From Macrostomum lignano (lineage: Eukaryota), in assembly GCA_002269645.1 (NCBI GenBank), contig NIVC01001121.1, positions 62,001 through 126,000 on the forward strand: a DNA stretch of 64,000 nucleotides. Direction: 5' to 3'. Under the pieces are notes generated by a model. It ran no database searches, had not been told where the DNA came from, and worked only from the letters and a program-made list of their open reading frames with translations. Within the stretch, counting starts at the first letter, position 1; every line of letters begins with the position of its first letter. Shown here in pieces: positions 36,401-48,313 of the stretch. A program made the position numbers and the translations under genes.

Positions 36401-39400
36401 AATCGGCCTCAAATCCCCATTCGGAATCGGCCTCAAATCCCCATTTAGAATCGGCCTCAAATCCCCATTCAGAATCGGCCTCAAATCCCCATTCAGAATC
36501 GGCCTCAAATCCCCATTCAGAATCGGCCTCAAATCCCCATTCAGAATCGGCCTCAAATCCCCATTTAGAATCGGCCTCAAATCCCCATTCAAAATCGGCC
36601 TCAAATCCCCATTCAGAATCGGCCTCAAATCCCCATTCAGAATCGGCCTCAAATCCCCATTTAGAATCGGCCTCAAATCCCCATTCAAAATCGGCCTCAA
36701 ATCCCCATTCAGAATCGGCCTCAAATCCCCATTAAGAATTGGCCTCAAATCCCCATTCAGAATCGGCCTCAAATCCCCATTCAGAATCGGCCTCAAATCC
36801 CCATTCAGAATCGGCCTCAAATCCCCATTTAGAATCGGTCTCAAATCCCCATTCGGAATCGGCCTCAAATCCCCATTCAGAATCGGCCTCAAATCCCCAT
36901 TCAGAATCGGCCTCAAATCCCCATTCAGAATCGGCCTCAAATCCCCATTCAGAATCGGCCTCAAATCCCCATTCAGAATCGGCCTCAAATCCCCATTCAG
37001 AATCGGCCTCAAATCCCCATTCGGAATCGGCCTCATATCCCCATTCAAAATCGGCCTCAAATTCCCATTCAGAATCGGCCTCAAATCCCCATTCAAAATC
37101 GGCCTCAAATCCCCATTCAGAATCGGCCTCAAATCCCCATTTAGAATCGGCCTCAAATCCCCATTCAGAATCGGCCTCAAATCCCCATTTAGAATCGGCC
37201 TCAAATCCCCATTTAGAATCGGCCTCAAATCCCCATTTAGAATCGGCCTCAAATCCCCATTCAAAATCGGCCTCAAATCCCCATTCAGAATCGGCCTCAA
37301 ATCCCCATTCAGAATCGGCCTCTAATCCCCATTCGGAATCGGCCTCAAATCCCCATTCAGAATCGGCCTCAAATCCCCATTCAGAATCGGCCTCAAATCC
37401 CCATTTAGAATCGGCCTCAAATCCCCATTCGGAATCGGCCTCAAATCCCCATTCAGAATCGGCCTCAAATCCCCATTCGGAATCGGCCTCAAATCCCCAT
37501 TCAAAATCGGCCTCAAATCCCCATTCAGAATCGGCCTCAAATCCCCATTTAGAATCGGCCTCAAATCCCCATTCAGAATCGGCCTCAAATCCCCATTCAG
37601 AATCGGCCTCAAATCCCCATTTAGAATCGGCCTCAAATCCCCATTCGGAATCGGCCTCAAATCCCCATTCAGAATCGGCCTCAAATCCCCATTCAGAATC
37701 GGCCTCAAATCCCCATTCAGAATCGGCCTCAAATCCCCATTCAGAATCGGCCTCAAATCCCAATTCAGAATCGAACCCTTGTCCCTCTATCGCCAGGCCA
37801 TCGGCTCCTGCAACGGCATCCGCCTTCGAATGCTTCGCTGCGTTCGCTGTCCGGCCGCCTACCACGCCGGCCAGCGCTGCCTGCCCGCCGGCAGCCGTCT
37901 TCTCGGCTCCGGCAAAGGCTACATCGTCTGTCCGGCGCATTCCAAAGTCGGAGATCCTTCGACGCTGGACCGCTGCCTCGCCTGCTGCCAGTCAGGCGGC
38001 GAGGAAAGCGACGGAAGCTCCGCTGCTGTCGCTGAGAACGGCAGCGCCAAGCCCAGCTGCGGCAGTTCCCGGCGAAAGTCGTCCAATGTCGCTTCTTCAA
38101 CGCCGTCACCGCCGCCGCAACCGCCGTTGCTCCGCTGTCTCCGCTGTCCAGCTGCCTACCATCTGGCCTGTCTGCCCAACGGCCTTGAGCCGGTGACAGC
38201 GGGTAACTTTGTCTGCTCAGACTGTCGCCCGTTGGGCCGCCTGCCACCTCGCTACGGCGACATCGTCTGGGCGAAGCTCCCGGCCTTGCCGGACAGCTGG
38301 TGGCCGGCCGAGCTGCTCCACCCGAATTCGCAGGCTGCCGCCGCCACCGCCGCCCCTTCGTCGGCTGTCGTTGAAGAATTCGGCTTCTCCGTTCGTCTGT
38401 TTGGCGACGAAAGCAGCGATTTTAGCGACCTGCCCGGAGTTCCAGCTGAAGGCGTCCTCTGGATCACACGGAGTCAAGTGCTGGACTTCGACCTCGCCGA
38501 AGCCTGCCTCGGCGGGGACAGCGGCAGCGACGATCAAGGAGACGACAAAGTGGCAGTGCTTCGTCGACAGGCGGTGCAGCTGGCCAGAGCGGCGCGGGAC
38601 TCGCTGCGCTCCGCTCGGATACGCGCCGCCGATGCCGCTCTGCTGCCGCGCCAGTACCGGCGTCGGCCAGCAGCGGCAGACAACGGCTTCGATAATTCGT
38701 CGTCATCGACGACAACATCCGACGATGAAGACGATAATAATTCCAATGCGGCGGGGCGGCGTTTGATCAAGCAGCAGCAGCCGAGGCGACCGCCGCCGTT
38801 TAAGTTGATTAAAGTCAACTTTCCTATTGGCAACGTAATATTTGTCTTATTACTGTGTTTAAAATAGCTGTTGGAGGCTATGCTATTGACCAACTGGTGT
38901 TCTGATATGTGTGCTTGGGGTGATTGACAGGTGTGCTTGGGTGATTGACAGGTGTGTTTTGGATGATTGACAGGTGTATTTTGGATTATTGATAGGTGTG
39001 CTTGGGATGATTGACAGGTGTGCTTGGGTTGATTGACAGTTGTGCTTGGGATGATTGATAGGTGTGCTTGGGATGATTGACAGGTGTGCTTGGGATGATT
39101 GACAGGTGTGCTTGGGATGATTGATAGGTGTGCTTGGGATGATTGACAGGTGTGCTTGGGGTGATTGACAGGTGTGCTTGGGTGATTGACAGGTGTGTTT
39201 TGGATGATTGACAGGTGTATTTTGGATTATTGATAGGTGTGCTTGGGATGATTGACAGGTGTGCTTGGGTTGATTGACAGTTGTGCTTGGGATGATTGAT
39301 AGGTGTGCTTGGGATGATTGACAGGTGTGCTTGGGATGATTGATAGGTGTGCTTGGGATGATTGACAGGTGTGCTTGGGATGATTGATAGGTGTGCTTGG

Positions 39401-40635
39401 GGTGATTGGCAGGTGTGCTTAGTATGATTGGTATGTGTTTAGGATAATTGGCAGGTGTATAACTTGACCCTCAGGCCCGCCTAATCAAGCCGGACGTCGC
39501 TGACCTGCCCCGCTGCGAGTGCGACCCTAACAGTGCCAATCCCTGCGGCTCTGACGCCAACTGCCTGAACCGGGCGCTCAGCTACGAGTGCCATCCGTCC
39601 GTCTGCCTCGCCGGCGAACGCTGCCAGAACCGCCGCTTCGTCACCCGAGCCTACCCGCCCCAGCAGGTGTTTCGCACCTCGGACGGCCGCGGCTGGGGTC
39701 TGCGCGCCTGCGCCGCCATCGCCAAAGGCGACTTCGTCAACGAGTACGTCGGCGATCTCATCGATCCAGACGAAGCTCAAAGACGATTAGAGGCCGCGTC
39801 TGCTGCCGGAGTCAGAGAGTTCTACATGCTGACGCTGGACAAGCAGAGGGTTATTGATGCCGGGCCGAGGGGCAATATTAGTCGGTTCCTTAATCACAGC
39901 TGCGATCCGAACTTGCAGGTGAGTGCGGGATTTGGCTTCTGGTTCTGTGTGTATTTTGCAGACATAGGCTTTTTTACGGGGTATTTTACAGAATAGTGAC
40001 AGGTAATATTGACAGGTATTTGACAGATTAGTAAGTGACAGGTATTTGACAGATTAGTGTGACAGGTATTTAAAAAAATTTTGACAGGTTTTTAACAGAT
40101 TAGTGACAGGTATTTAGCAGATTAGTTTTGCACCCCGCAGGCCTGCAAATGGTCCGTAGGCGGCGACCTTCGCATCGGCCTATTCGCCCTGCGTGACATC
40201 TCGCCGGGTGAGGAGCTGACCTTCAACTATCGCTTCCAGTGGTTTGGCGACGATGGCAACGGCGAGCGCCAGCTCGCCTGTCGGTGCGGCGCCAAAAACT
40301 GCGCCGGATTTCTGGGCGGCGCGCCGGAACAGCCGCTGCCTGTCGCTTCCGCCGGCGCCGCCGGTCCCGGCGTCGGAGGCAAGCGGCCGCGCGGCCGACC
40401 TCGCTTGCACCCGGTGTCGGGGCCTCCGCGTAGTCTATCGATGACTTCGTCGACTTCAACAACGGCTACGGAGAAGATGGAGACCGGGGATGGAGACGGC
40501 TCGACGTCTACGCCAAATAATGCCGGCAGCTTCGGGCGCGGCGGTTGGCGCCGAGGTCGGGGCGTCTGGCGCCGCGGTCGGGGTCGCGGCCGTGGCAGAG
40601 GTCGCCCAAGGGGCTCCCTTAGCAACGGCTGGGGC

Positions 40636-40666
<31 letters not shown>

Positions 40667-42009
40667 GCAGCGGAGCACTTCGGCTGGCTCACGAAAACGA
40701 GTGCTTCAGGTTCGAGTCCCAAGTCTTGGGTGACCTTTGTCTGACTGTCTGACAGTTTATGTACGACACCGACCCGCATTTCGACTTTGACTGTTTCTGT
40801 GTAGTTTCCCCCCGACACTTTCTGTAAGTTTCTGTACAGTATCTCCCCGTGACAGGTTCTGTAGATTATCTCTCCGCCCCTGACAGGTTCTGTGATTATC
40901 TCTCCGCCCCCTGACAGGTTCTGTGATTATCTTTCCGCCCCTGACAGGTTCTGTGATTATCTTTCCGCCCCTGACAGGTTCTGTGATTATCTTTCTGCCC
41001 CTGACAGGTTCTGTAGGTTATCTCTCCGCCCCTGACAGGTTCTGTAGGTTATCTCTCCGCCCCTGACAGGTTCTGTAGATTATCTCTCCGCCCCTGACAG
41101 GTTCTGTGATTATCTCTCCGCCCCCTGACAGGTTCTGTGATTATCTTTCTGCCCCTGACAAGGTTCTGTAGGTTATCTCTCCGCCCCTGACAGGTTCTGT
41201 AGGTTATCTCTCCGCCCCTGACAGGTTCTGTAGGTTATCTCTCCGCCCCTGACAGGTTCTGTAGATTATCTCTCCGCCCCTGACAGGTTCTGTGATTATC
41301 TCTCCGCCCCTGACAGGTTCTGTGATTATCTTTCTGCCCCTGACAAGGTTCTGTAGGTTATCTCTCCGCCCCTGACAGGTTCTGTAGATTATCTTTCCGC
41401 CCCCTGACAGGTTCTGTAGATTATCCTTCTGCCCCTGACAAGGTTCTGTAGGTTATCTCTCTGCCCCTGACAGGTTCTGTAGATTATCTTTCCGCCCCCT
41501 GACAGGTTCTGTAGATTATCTTTCCGCCCCTGACAGATTCTGTAGGTTATCTGACAGGCTTTGTACAGTACCTATTAGTCGCCTCTCCTCTCTCCCCTTA
41601 TCCCATCTCTTCCAGATGCGGCGACGGAGGCCGGCTAATCCTGTGCAGCAAAGAGTCGTGTCCGAAGGCCTACCACGCCGACTGTCTGGGCCTGGCCAAG
41701 GCTCCATTCGGCCGTTGGATCTGTCCCTGGCATCACTGCGACGACTGCGGCGGCCCCTCGAGCCGGCTCTGTTCGGCCTGCACCGCCTCCTATTGCGACC
41801 AGCACGCCCATGGTCGGTTCGCTCAAAGCGCTGACAACGGCACTGACGGTGATGGGGAGGATGGCGGCTCCCTGCTGTGCCTGGACCACAGCAAGGACGA
41901 TATCGATAAGATGGATGCTGGGAATGGAGAGGCCGGGGAACAGCTGGGCAGCTTTGGGGAAGCGGCTGCCGTAGCTGATTCTAGCAGCGGCAAAGAGAAT
42001 TGCCAATAA
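33474..42009 (+). CDS. NSD: NSD-family (NSD1/2/3, Mes-4) H3K36 methyltransferase; exons ~33474-33721, 34461-34984, 35665-35923, 37797-38834, 39475-39918, 40141-40709, 41616-42009; start exon not located
   Basis: PWWP1 (GDLLWARTIDCPYWPC..HVRFFG), PHD fingers, PWWP2 (GDIVWAK..WWPA), AWS, SET (GRGWGL, RFLNHSCDPN, ELTFNY), post-SET (CRCGAKNC), PHD5-C5HCH (CPKAYH..CPWHHC). Splice phases are consistent; stop TAA at 42007-42009. Confidence 0.93.
33745..34400. repeat. 23-bp minisatellite (NSD intron)
   Basis: GTACATCTGTGGTTGCAGTTTGT units. Confidence 0.94.
35005..35600. repeat. 24-bp minisatellite (NSD intron)
   Basis: TTGTCAGACAGTGAGATTCTAGCA units. Confidence 0.94.
36100..37765. repeat. 24-bp minisatellite, ~70 copies (NSD intron)
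   Basis: AAATCCCCATTCAGAATCGGCCTC units. Confidence 0.96.
38915..39460. repeat. 22-bp minisatellite (NSD intron)
   Basis: GATGATTGACAGGTGTGCTTGG units. Confidence 0.93.
39995..40125. repeat. Short TGACAGGTATT/TGACAGATTAG array (NSD intron)
   Basis: Repeated TGACAG core. Confidence 0.8.
40850..41560. repeat. ~30-bp minisatellite (NSD intron)
   Basis: CCGCCCCTGACAGGTTCTGTAGATTATCTCT units. Confidence 0.93.
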
Positions 42010-42796
42010 TATGAACATACGAGCTTACATGTTTCTGAACAGTCGATTTTCGATACATATCGGCTCACAGCTAAAAAGCGTTCTTTCGATACATATCGGC
42101 TGACCGCTAGAAAGCAGGAAAGTGTATTTTTGATACATATCGGGTCGTTGCTAAAAAGTAGGGAAAGTGTATTTTCGATACATTTCGGCTCACAGCTAAA
42201 AAGAAAGCGAAAGTATACTTTCGATACATATCGGCTAACTGACTTTTTCAGCAACATGGAAATTTAATAATTTCTCAATTCGTCCTAATTTTAATTTTTT
42301 ACCGCTTGCTACTACTAAGGTTTCAGATATTAGTGGCACATATTGCGGTGGTAATTAAAAGTTTCATCAGTCATTTGAGATGCTCATTAATTTATTGTAC
42401 ATAAAATTTCATAATGAAGTGCTCGTTCTGATATTCATTCCCATCCTTTTGTCTATTTAATTAGCTAATAAATTTCTAAATTATGCTGGGTTCATTTGAA
42501 TTTCTCGGGGTTTTTTAATTAATTTGGACTAATTAATCAATTAGAATTATTTATTTCCGGCATTATGTTTTGAGTTTTTACTTCCGCGTGTTGCTAGTTC
42601 ATTTTTTACGTCAGTGCATCCGATTTTAATTTGCATTTTTGCTAGCTGTGTAAAACATGTGTGCGCAGTACGATTGCTTATTTGTATAATTAGATGCCGT
42701 TTATTTGTACTTTATTACACTGTAGTTTAAAGTTTTTCATAATTTTTATTGTCCTTTGCTACATCGTATTTGAATTTTGCAGATATGTTGTCATTT

Positions 42797-43680
42797 GTTA
42801 CAGTTCTGTAGTTGATAATCATTACAGTTCTGTAGTTGATTATTACAGTTCTGTAGTTGATTATTACAGTTCTGTAGTTGATTATTACAGTTCTGTAGTT
42901 GATTATTACAGTTCTGTAGTTGATTATTACAGTTCTGTAGTTGATCATTACAGTTCTGTAGTTGATTATTACAGTTCTGTAGTTGATTATTACAGTTCTG
43001 TAGTTGATCATTACAGTTCTGTAGTTGATTATTACAGTTCTGTAGTTGATCATTACAGTTCTGTAGTTGATTATTACAGTTCTGTAGTTGATCATTACAG
43101 TTCTGTAGTTGATTATTACAGTTCTGTAGTTGATTATTACAGTTCTGTAGTTGATTATTACAGTTCTGTAGTTGATTATTACAGTTCTGTAGTTGATTAT
43201 TACAGTTCTGTAGTTGATTATTACAGTTCTGTAGTTGATTATTACAGTTCTGTAGTTGATTATTACAGTTCTGTAGTTGATTATTACAGTTCTGTAGTTG
43301 ATCATTACAGTTCTGTAGTTGATTATTACAGTTCTGTAGTTGATTATTACAGTTCTGTAGTTGATTATTACAGTTCTGTAGTTGATTATTACAGTTCTGT
43401 AGTTGATCATTACAGTTCTGTAGTTGATTATTACAGTTCTGTAGTTGATTATTACAGTTCTGTAGTTGATCATTACAGTTCTGTAGTTGATTATTACAGT
43501 TCTGTAGTTGATCATTACAGTTCTGTAGTTGATTATTACAGTTCTGTAGTTGATCATTACAGTTCTGTAGTTGATTATTACAGTTCTGTAGTTGATTATT
43601 ACAGTTCTGTAGTTGATTATTACAGTTCTGTAGTTGATTATTACAGTTCTGTAATTGATGATTACGGTTCTGTAGATAGA
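42797..43680. repeat. 21-bp minisatellite
   Basis: TTACAGTTCTGTAGTTGATTA, about 42 copies. Confidence 0.96.
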
Positions 43681-44279
43681 GTTGCAGTTCAGCCGTCCAT
43701 CATTACAGTTCTGTAGTATGAATTTTTTAGCTTTACTTTAACTGACTAGTTGTTTTAACTGTAAATTGACTGATATAAATTATACTGTATTTTAACTCAA
43801 TCTTTGTTACGAGCGTATTAAACTAGCACTAATTAGGAGAAACATAAAAGATGCAATTTATTATTATTATATCGAATATTGTCAAATAAAATAATTTATT
43901 ATTAGTCACATTACCGACTGCCTTCGCTTGTACATTACTGCAAAAATAATCATATGGTATTCAATAGTGTTTAAATTATTTATTTCAAAATACTGCTTTA
44001 AGAAGTCGCTAATATAACATCCATATTTTCCTCTGCTAATTTGCTGCAAAGTGAAAATATTTCCGGCTTTACTAAATAAGTCGTTATCTCTCCTACTAAT
44101 ATCAATGGCACCGATTTAAATTGCTACATTATCTTAGGCCAGATTTTTGTAAAATTCGAGTGCGTGTCGAATATTTTTTCGAATTTAATTAGTTTAATTA
44201 GCAACGGTGAGTCGGTTTTTAGTAATTCAGTTTTGCCAGATCAAAAAATCATAGTCAATAGTGATTTTGATAGTTCAAT

Positions 44280-45462
44280 AAATCATATAGATTCATGAGA
44301 AATCTCCCAGATCAATAAATCATAGAGAGTCATTATGAGCAATCATCCCTGATCAATAAATCATAGAGTCATCATGAGCAATCATCCCTGATCAATAAAT
44401 CATAAAGAGTCATCATGAGCAATCATCCCAGATCAATAAATCATAGAGAGTCATCATGAGCAATCATCCCTGATCAATAAATCATAGAGTCATCATGAGC
44501 AATCATCCCTGATCAATAAATCATAGAGTCATCATGAGCAATCATCCCAGATCAATAAATCATAGAGAGTCATCATGAGCAATCATCCCAGATCAATATA
44601 TCATAGAGAGTCATCATGAGCAATCATCCCTGATCAATAAATCATAGAGAGTCATCATGAGCAATCATCCCAGATCAATAAATCATAGAGAGTCATCATG
44701 AGCAATCATCCCAGATCAATAAATCATAAAGAGTCATCATGAGCAATCATCCCAGATCAATACATCATAGAGTCATCATGAGCAATCATCCCAGGTCAAT
44801 AAATCATAGAGAGTCATCATGAGCAATCATCCCAGATCAATAAATCATAGAGAGTCATCATGAGCAATCATCCCAGATCAATAAATCATAGAGAGTCATC
44901 ATGAGCAATCATCCCAGATCAATAAATCATAGAGAGTCATCATGAGCAATCATCCCAGATCAATAAATCATAGAGAGTCATCATGAGCAATCATCCCAGA
45001 TCAATATATCATAGAGAGTCATCATGAGCAATCATCCCTGATCAATAAATCATAGAGAGTCATCATGAGCAATCATCCCAGATCAATAAATCATAGAGAG
45101 TCATCATGAGCAATCATCCCAGATCAATAAATCATAAAGAGTCATCATGAGCAATCATCCCAGATCAATAAATCATAGAGTCATCATGAGCAATCATCCC
45201 AGATCAATAAATCATAAAGAGTCATCATGAGCAATCATCCCAGATCAATAAATCATAGAGTCATCATGAGCAATCATCCCAGGTCAATAAATCATAGAGA
45301 GTCATCATGAGCAATCATCCCAGATCAATAAATCATAGAGAGTCATCATGAGCAATCATCCCAGATCAATAAATCATAGAGAGTCATTATGAGCAATCAT
45401 TCCTGATCAATAAATCATAGAGAGTCATTATGAGCAATCATCCCAGATCAATAAATCATACT
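44280..45462. repeat. 37/39-bp minisatellite upstream of the tetraspanin
   Basis: GAGTCATCATGAGCAATCATCCCAGATCAATAAATCATA(GA) units. Confidence 0.95.
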
Positions 45463-45518
45463 TTCATAGATTATAAATCTTATTCTGAAGACCCGGCAGA
45501 CCCCGTGTTGGACCGAGC

Positions 45519-48264
45519 ATGGCCGTCAGCAAGTGTTGTCAAAGCTGCTTGAGGATCTTCATTTTGATTACCAACGCAATTTTCCTTATCATTGGCGACG
45601 TCTTGATCGGGGTCGGCATCTACTTCTGCCTGTTCGATGATCAGGCTGCCGTAAAGGAGATCAAGCAGACCCTTGATGAAGAGTTCCTCGTGCTCCGTGT
45701 CACTCTCATCTCAGTGGGATCCATCATGGTGGTGGCCGCCTTCTGCGCTTGCGCCGGGATGGTGCTCAAGAGCCGCTGCACCTTGATTCTGGTGAGCTGG
45801 AAACCCACCTGGAGACAAACCGTGCACCCCAGCTATACAAGTTAAGCTAAAATCAGTCCCACCCTCAGACACTCAATGCCACCCTCGGACACTCAATGCC
45901 ACCCTCAGACACTCAATGCCACCCTCAGACACTCAATGCCACCCTCGGACACTCAATGCCACCCTCGGACACTCAATGCCACCCTCGGACACTCAATGCC
46001 ACCCTCAGACACTCAATGCCACCCTCGGACACTCAATGCCACCCTCGGACACTCAATGCCACCCTCAGACACTCAATGCCACCCTCGGACACTCAATGCC
46101 ACCCTCAGACACTCAATGCCACCCTCAGACACTCAATGCCACCCTCGGACACTCAATGCCACCCTCGGACACTCAATCCAATCCCACCCTCAGACACTTA
46201 ATCCCATCCCAAGACACTCAATCCCACCGCCAGGTCCTCAATCCCATCCCCAGACACTCAATCCCACCGCCAGATACTCAATCCCACCATCAGGTCCTCA
46301 ATCCCATCCCCAGACACTCAATCCCACCGCCAGATACTCAATCCCACCCTCAGACACTCAATCCCACCCTCAGGTCCTCAATCCCATCCCCAGACACAAT
46401 CCCATCCCCAGACACAATCCCATCCCCAGATACTCAATCCCACCCTTAACCACCCGCAGTACTGCGTTCTACTCTGCTTGATCATTATCTTCTGCTCGGC
46501 TGTGGGAGTGGTGACTGCAGTCATGCCCTCCATCAATCAATCGGCTCAAAGGGAACTGGAGAGCGGCGTGAAGCGCTCCTATGGCAGCGTGTCCCTGGTG
46601 ACGACTGGCGTGGACTCGATCCAGTCTGAGGTGAATGGAACCTATCTGATATCCGCGTGCTTACTTACCAACTAGTTAGTTTAGTTAAATTTCAGACAAT
46701 GAGCAGGTATACATATATTTGGCGTATGCTCAAAGCTAGATCGCTTTTTTGTTAGAGGCGGGGCTGTGTGCACCCTGACGACATTCCCCATTCCGCCGAC
46801 TCCCCTGAGCAGGGGCTTATTTCATAAAGCACTTGTCGGACAAGTGACAAGTGACAAGCGAAATTTGACAAATTACAAGCGCTTCTTTGGGGGTTTCGTC
46901 CATAGACATGGACTAAGCTGGATGCTTCTGTGTAAAACTTCCTCTGTAGCTTTATTAAAGCTGTGTATTAAAGTCCAAGAAAAATGCAGAGGCCGTTTTT
47001 AAAGCAAGTCTGTCTAAAACACAGATCCTAAAATTATGGTCTGTGGTCTAAAGGCTGGATCGATTTCATATGGTGTCTCAACCATAGACATAAAATTGAG
47101 TTATTTTTGACACGAGTAAGGACCCATGTTTTTTAAACCAAAATCGTTGACACTTGACATTTGTAGCTTTTTTATGAAATCGGCCCCAGGCACACACTCA
47201 CACAGGAGTGTACAGCGGCCCTAACTGTTTTTATCGTTAGGCATGTACACTTCACTGCGTCTTGGGGTTTGGCCCTTAAGGGTGTTAATTGCACGAGTAT
47301 TGATACTCTCGCATCTTACATTCTCGAGAAAAGTCGAATAGCATCAGAATTAGAAGAATGGGTACAGTGCAAGACAAAGTAGTGAATTAAGCGGTTTTAA
47401 ACCCCTACATCATTTATTGTCAGTTTTGCTCACGCAACTCCTCACTTCAACCTCAGAAACTGAGGGGATTGAGTTATCAGACTCTGCTGGCTCCAAAATA
47501 AAGACTCTTTCTCCACGTCAGCCGCTCCGATCCCGCCCTCATACGATCTAAAAGGACCCTTTAAATGGGGAAACGGACCGGACCTCTAGGGCGGCCTGTA
47601 CTCAAGCCTTTGCAAAGCAGTCATCAAGGTCTTTGTGGCTTCTGGTAGTAGGAGTGCAACAGTCTGCGCCTACTGCACTGCTAACTCATATTGATGACTT
47701 CTGCTAGTCTCCAATTATTCCTTAGACATCCGCAATGTATACGGAATATAAGGACCGACCCTAACGGTCTGTGCATAGCTCTGCAGTTGGTACAGAAATT
47801 GTATTTAAACACGTTAAAACATGGCTATTTACGGGTGTTTTCGATGACTATGGATGCAGATTGCAGATATGCAATCTCGTAAGGGCCAATTCTAGATTCA
47901 ATACCAAGTTCTGTTCTGATGCATGTAAATAGCAAAATGTCTAGCTTAGAGAGGCTGCATATGAATTACCATCATCACCCCTGTTGCTCTCTGGGCACCG
48001 TCTCTCTCTCTCTCCGCCTGTCTTCAAGTCTTCTGTGTCAGTTTTGGCTTTATAGATATTCACAGAATTCATGCAGCACCCTTCATCGACGCCGGCAGCA
48101 TTCTCACCGGAAGTTCGGCTTTTTTGCAGAGCTATTTAGCTTCGTAATTGCTTGCTTAATTTATAATGCTGTATGATAGCTGCGGTGAAGCGTTGGTGTT
48201 TAAATGTACGTTTTAACGATACTGCATATTAGTGTAGGAAACCGTTCAATTGTTTAACAGACAC

Positions 48265-48313
<49 letters not shown>

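Noticed and set aside
36090-38196. 400+ aa ORFs (SPFRIGLK, RPILNGD, EADSEWGF, SNPHSESA repeats)
   Set aside because: They are translations of a stop-free 24-bp intronic minisatellite lying between spliced NSD exons.
42694-43716. YYSSVVD / INYRTVI repeat ORFs
   Set aside because: 21-bp tandem repeat open on both strands; no unique coding context.
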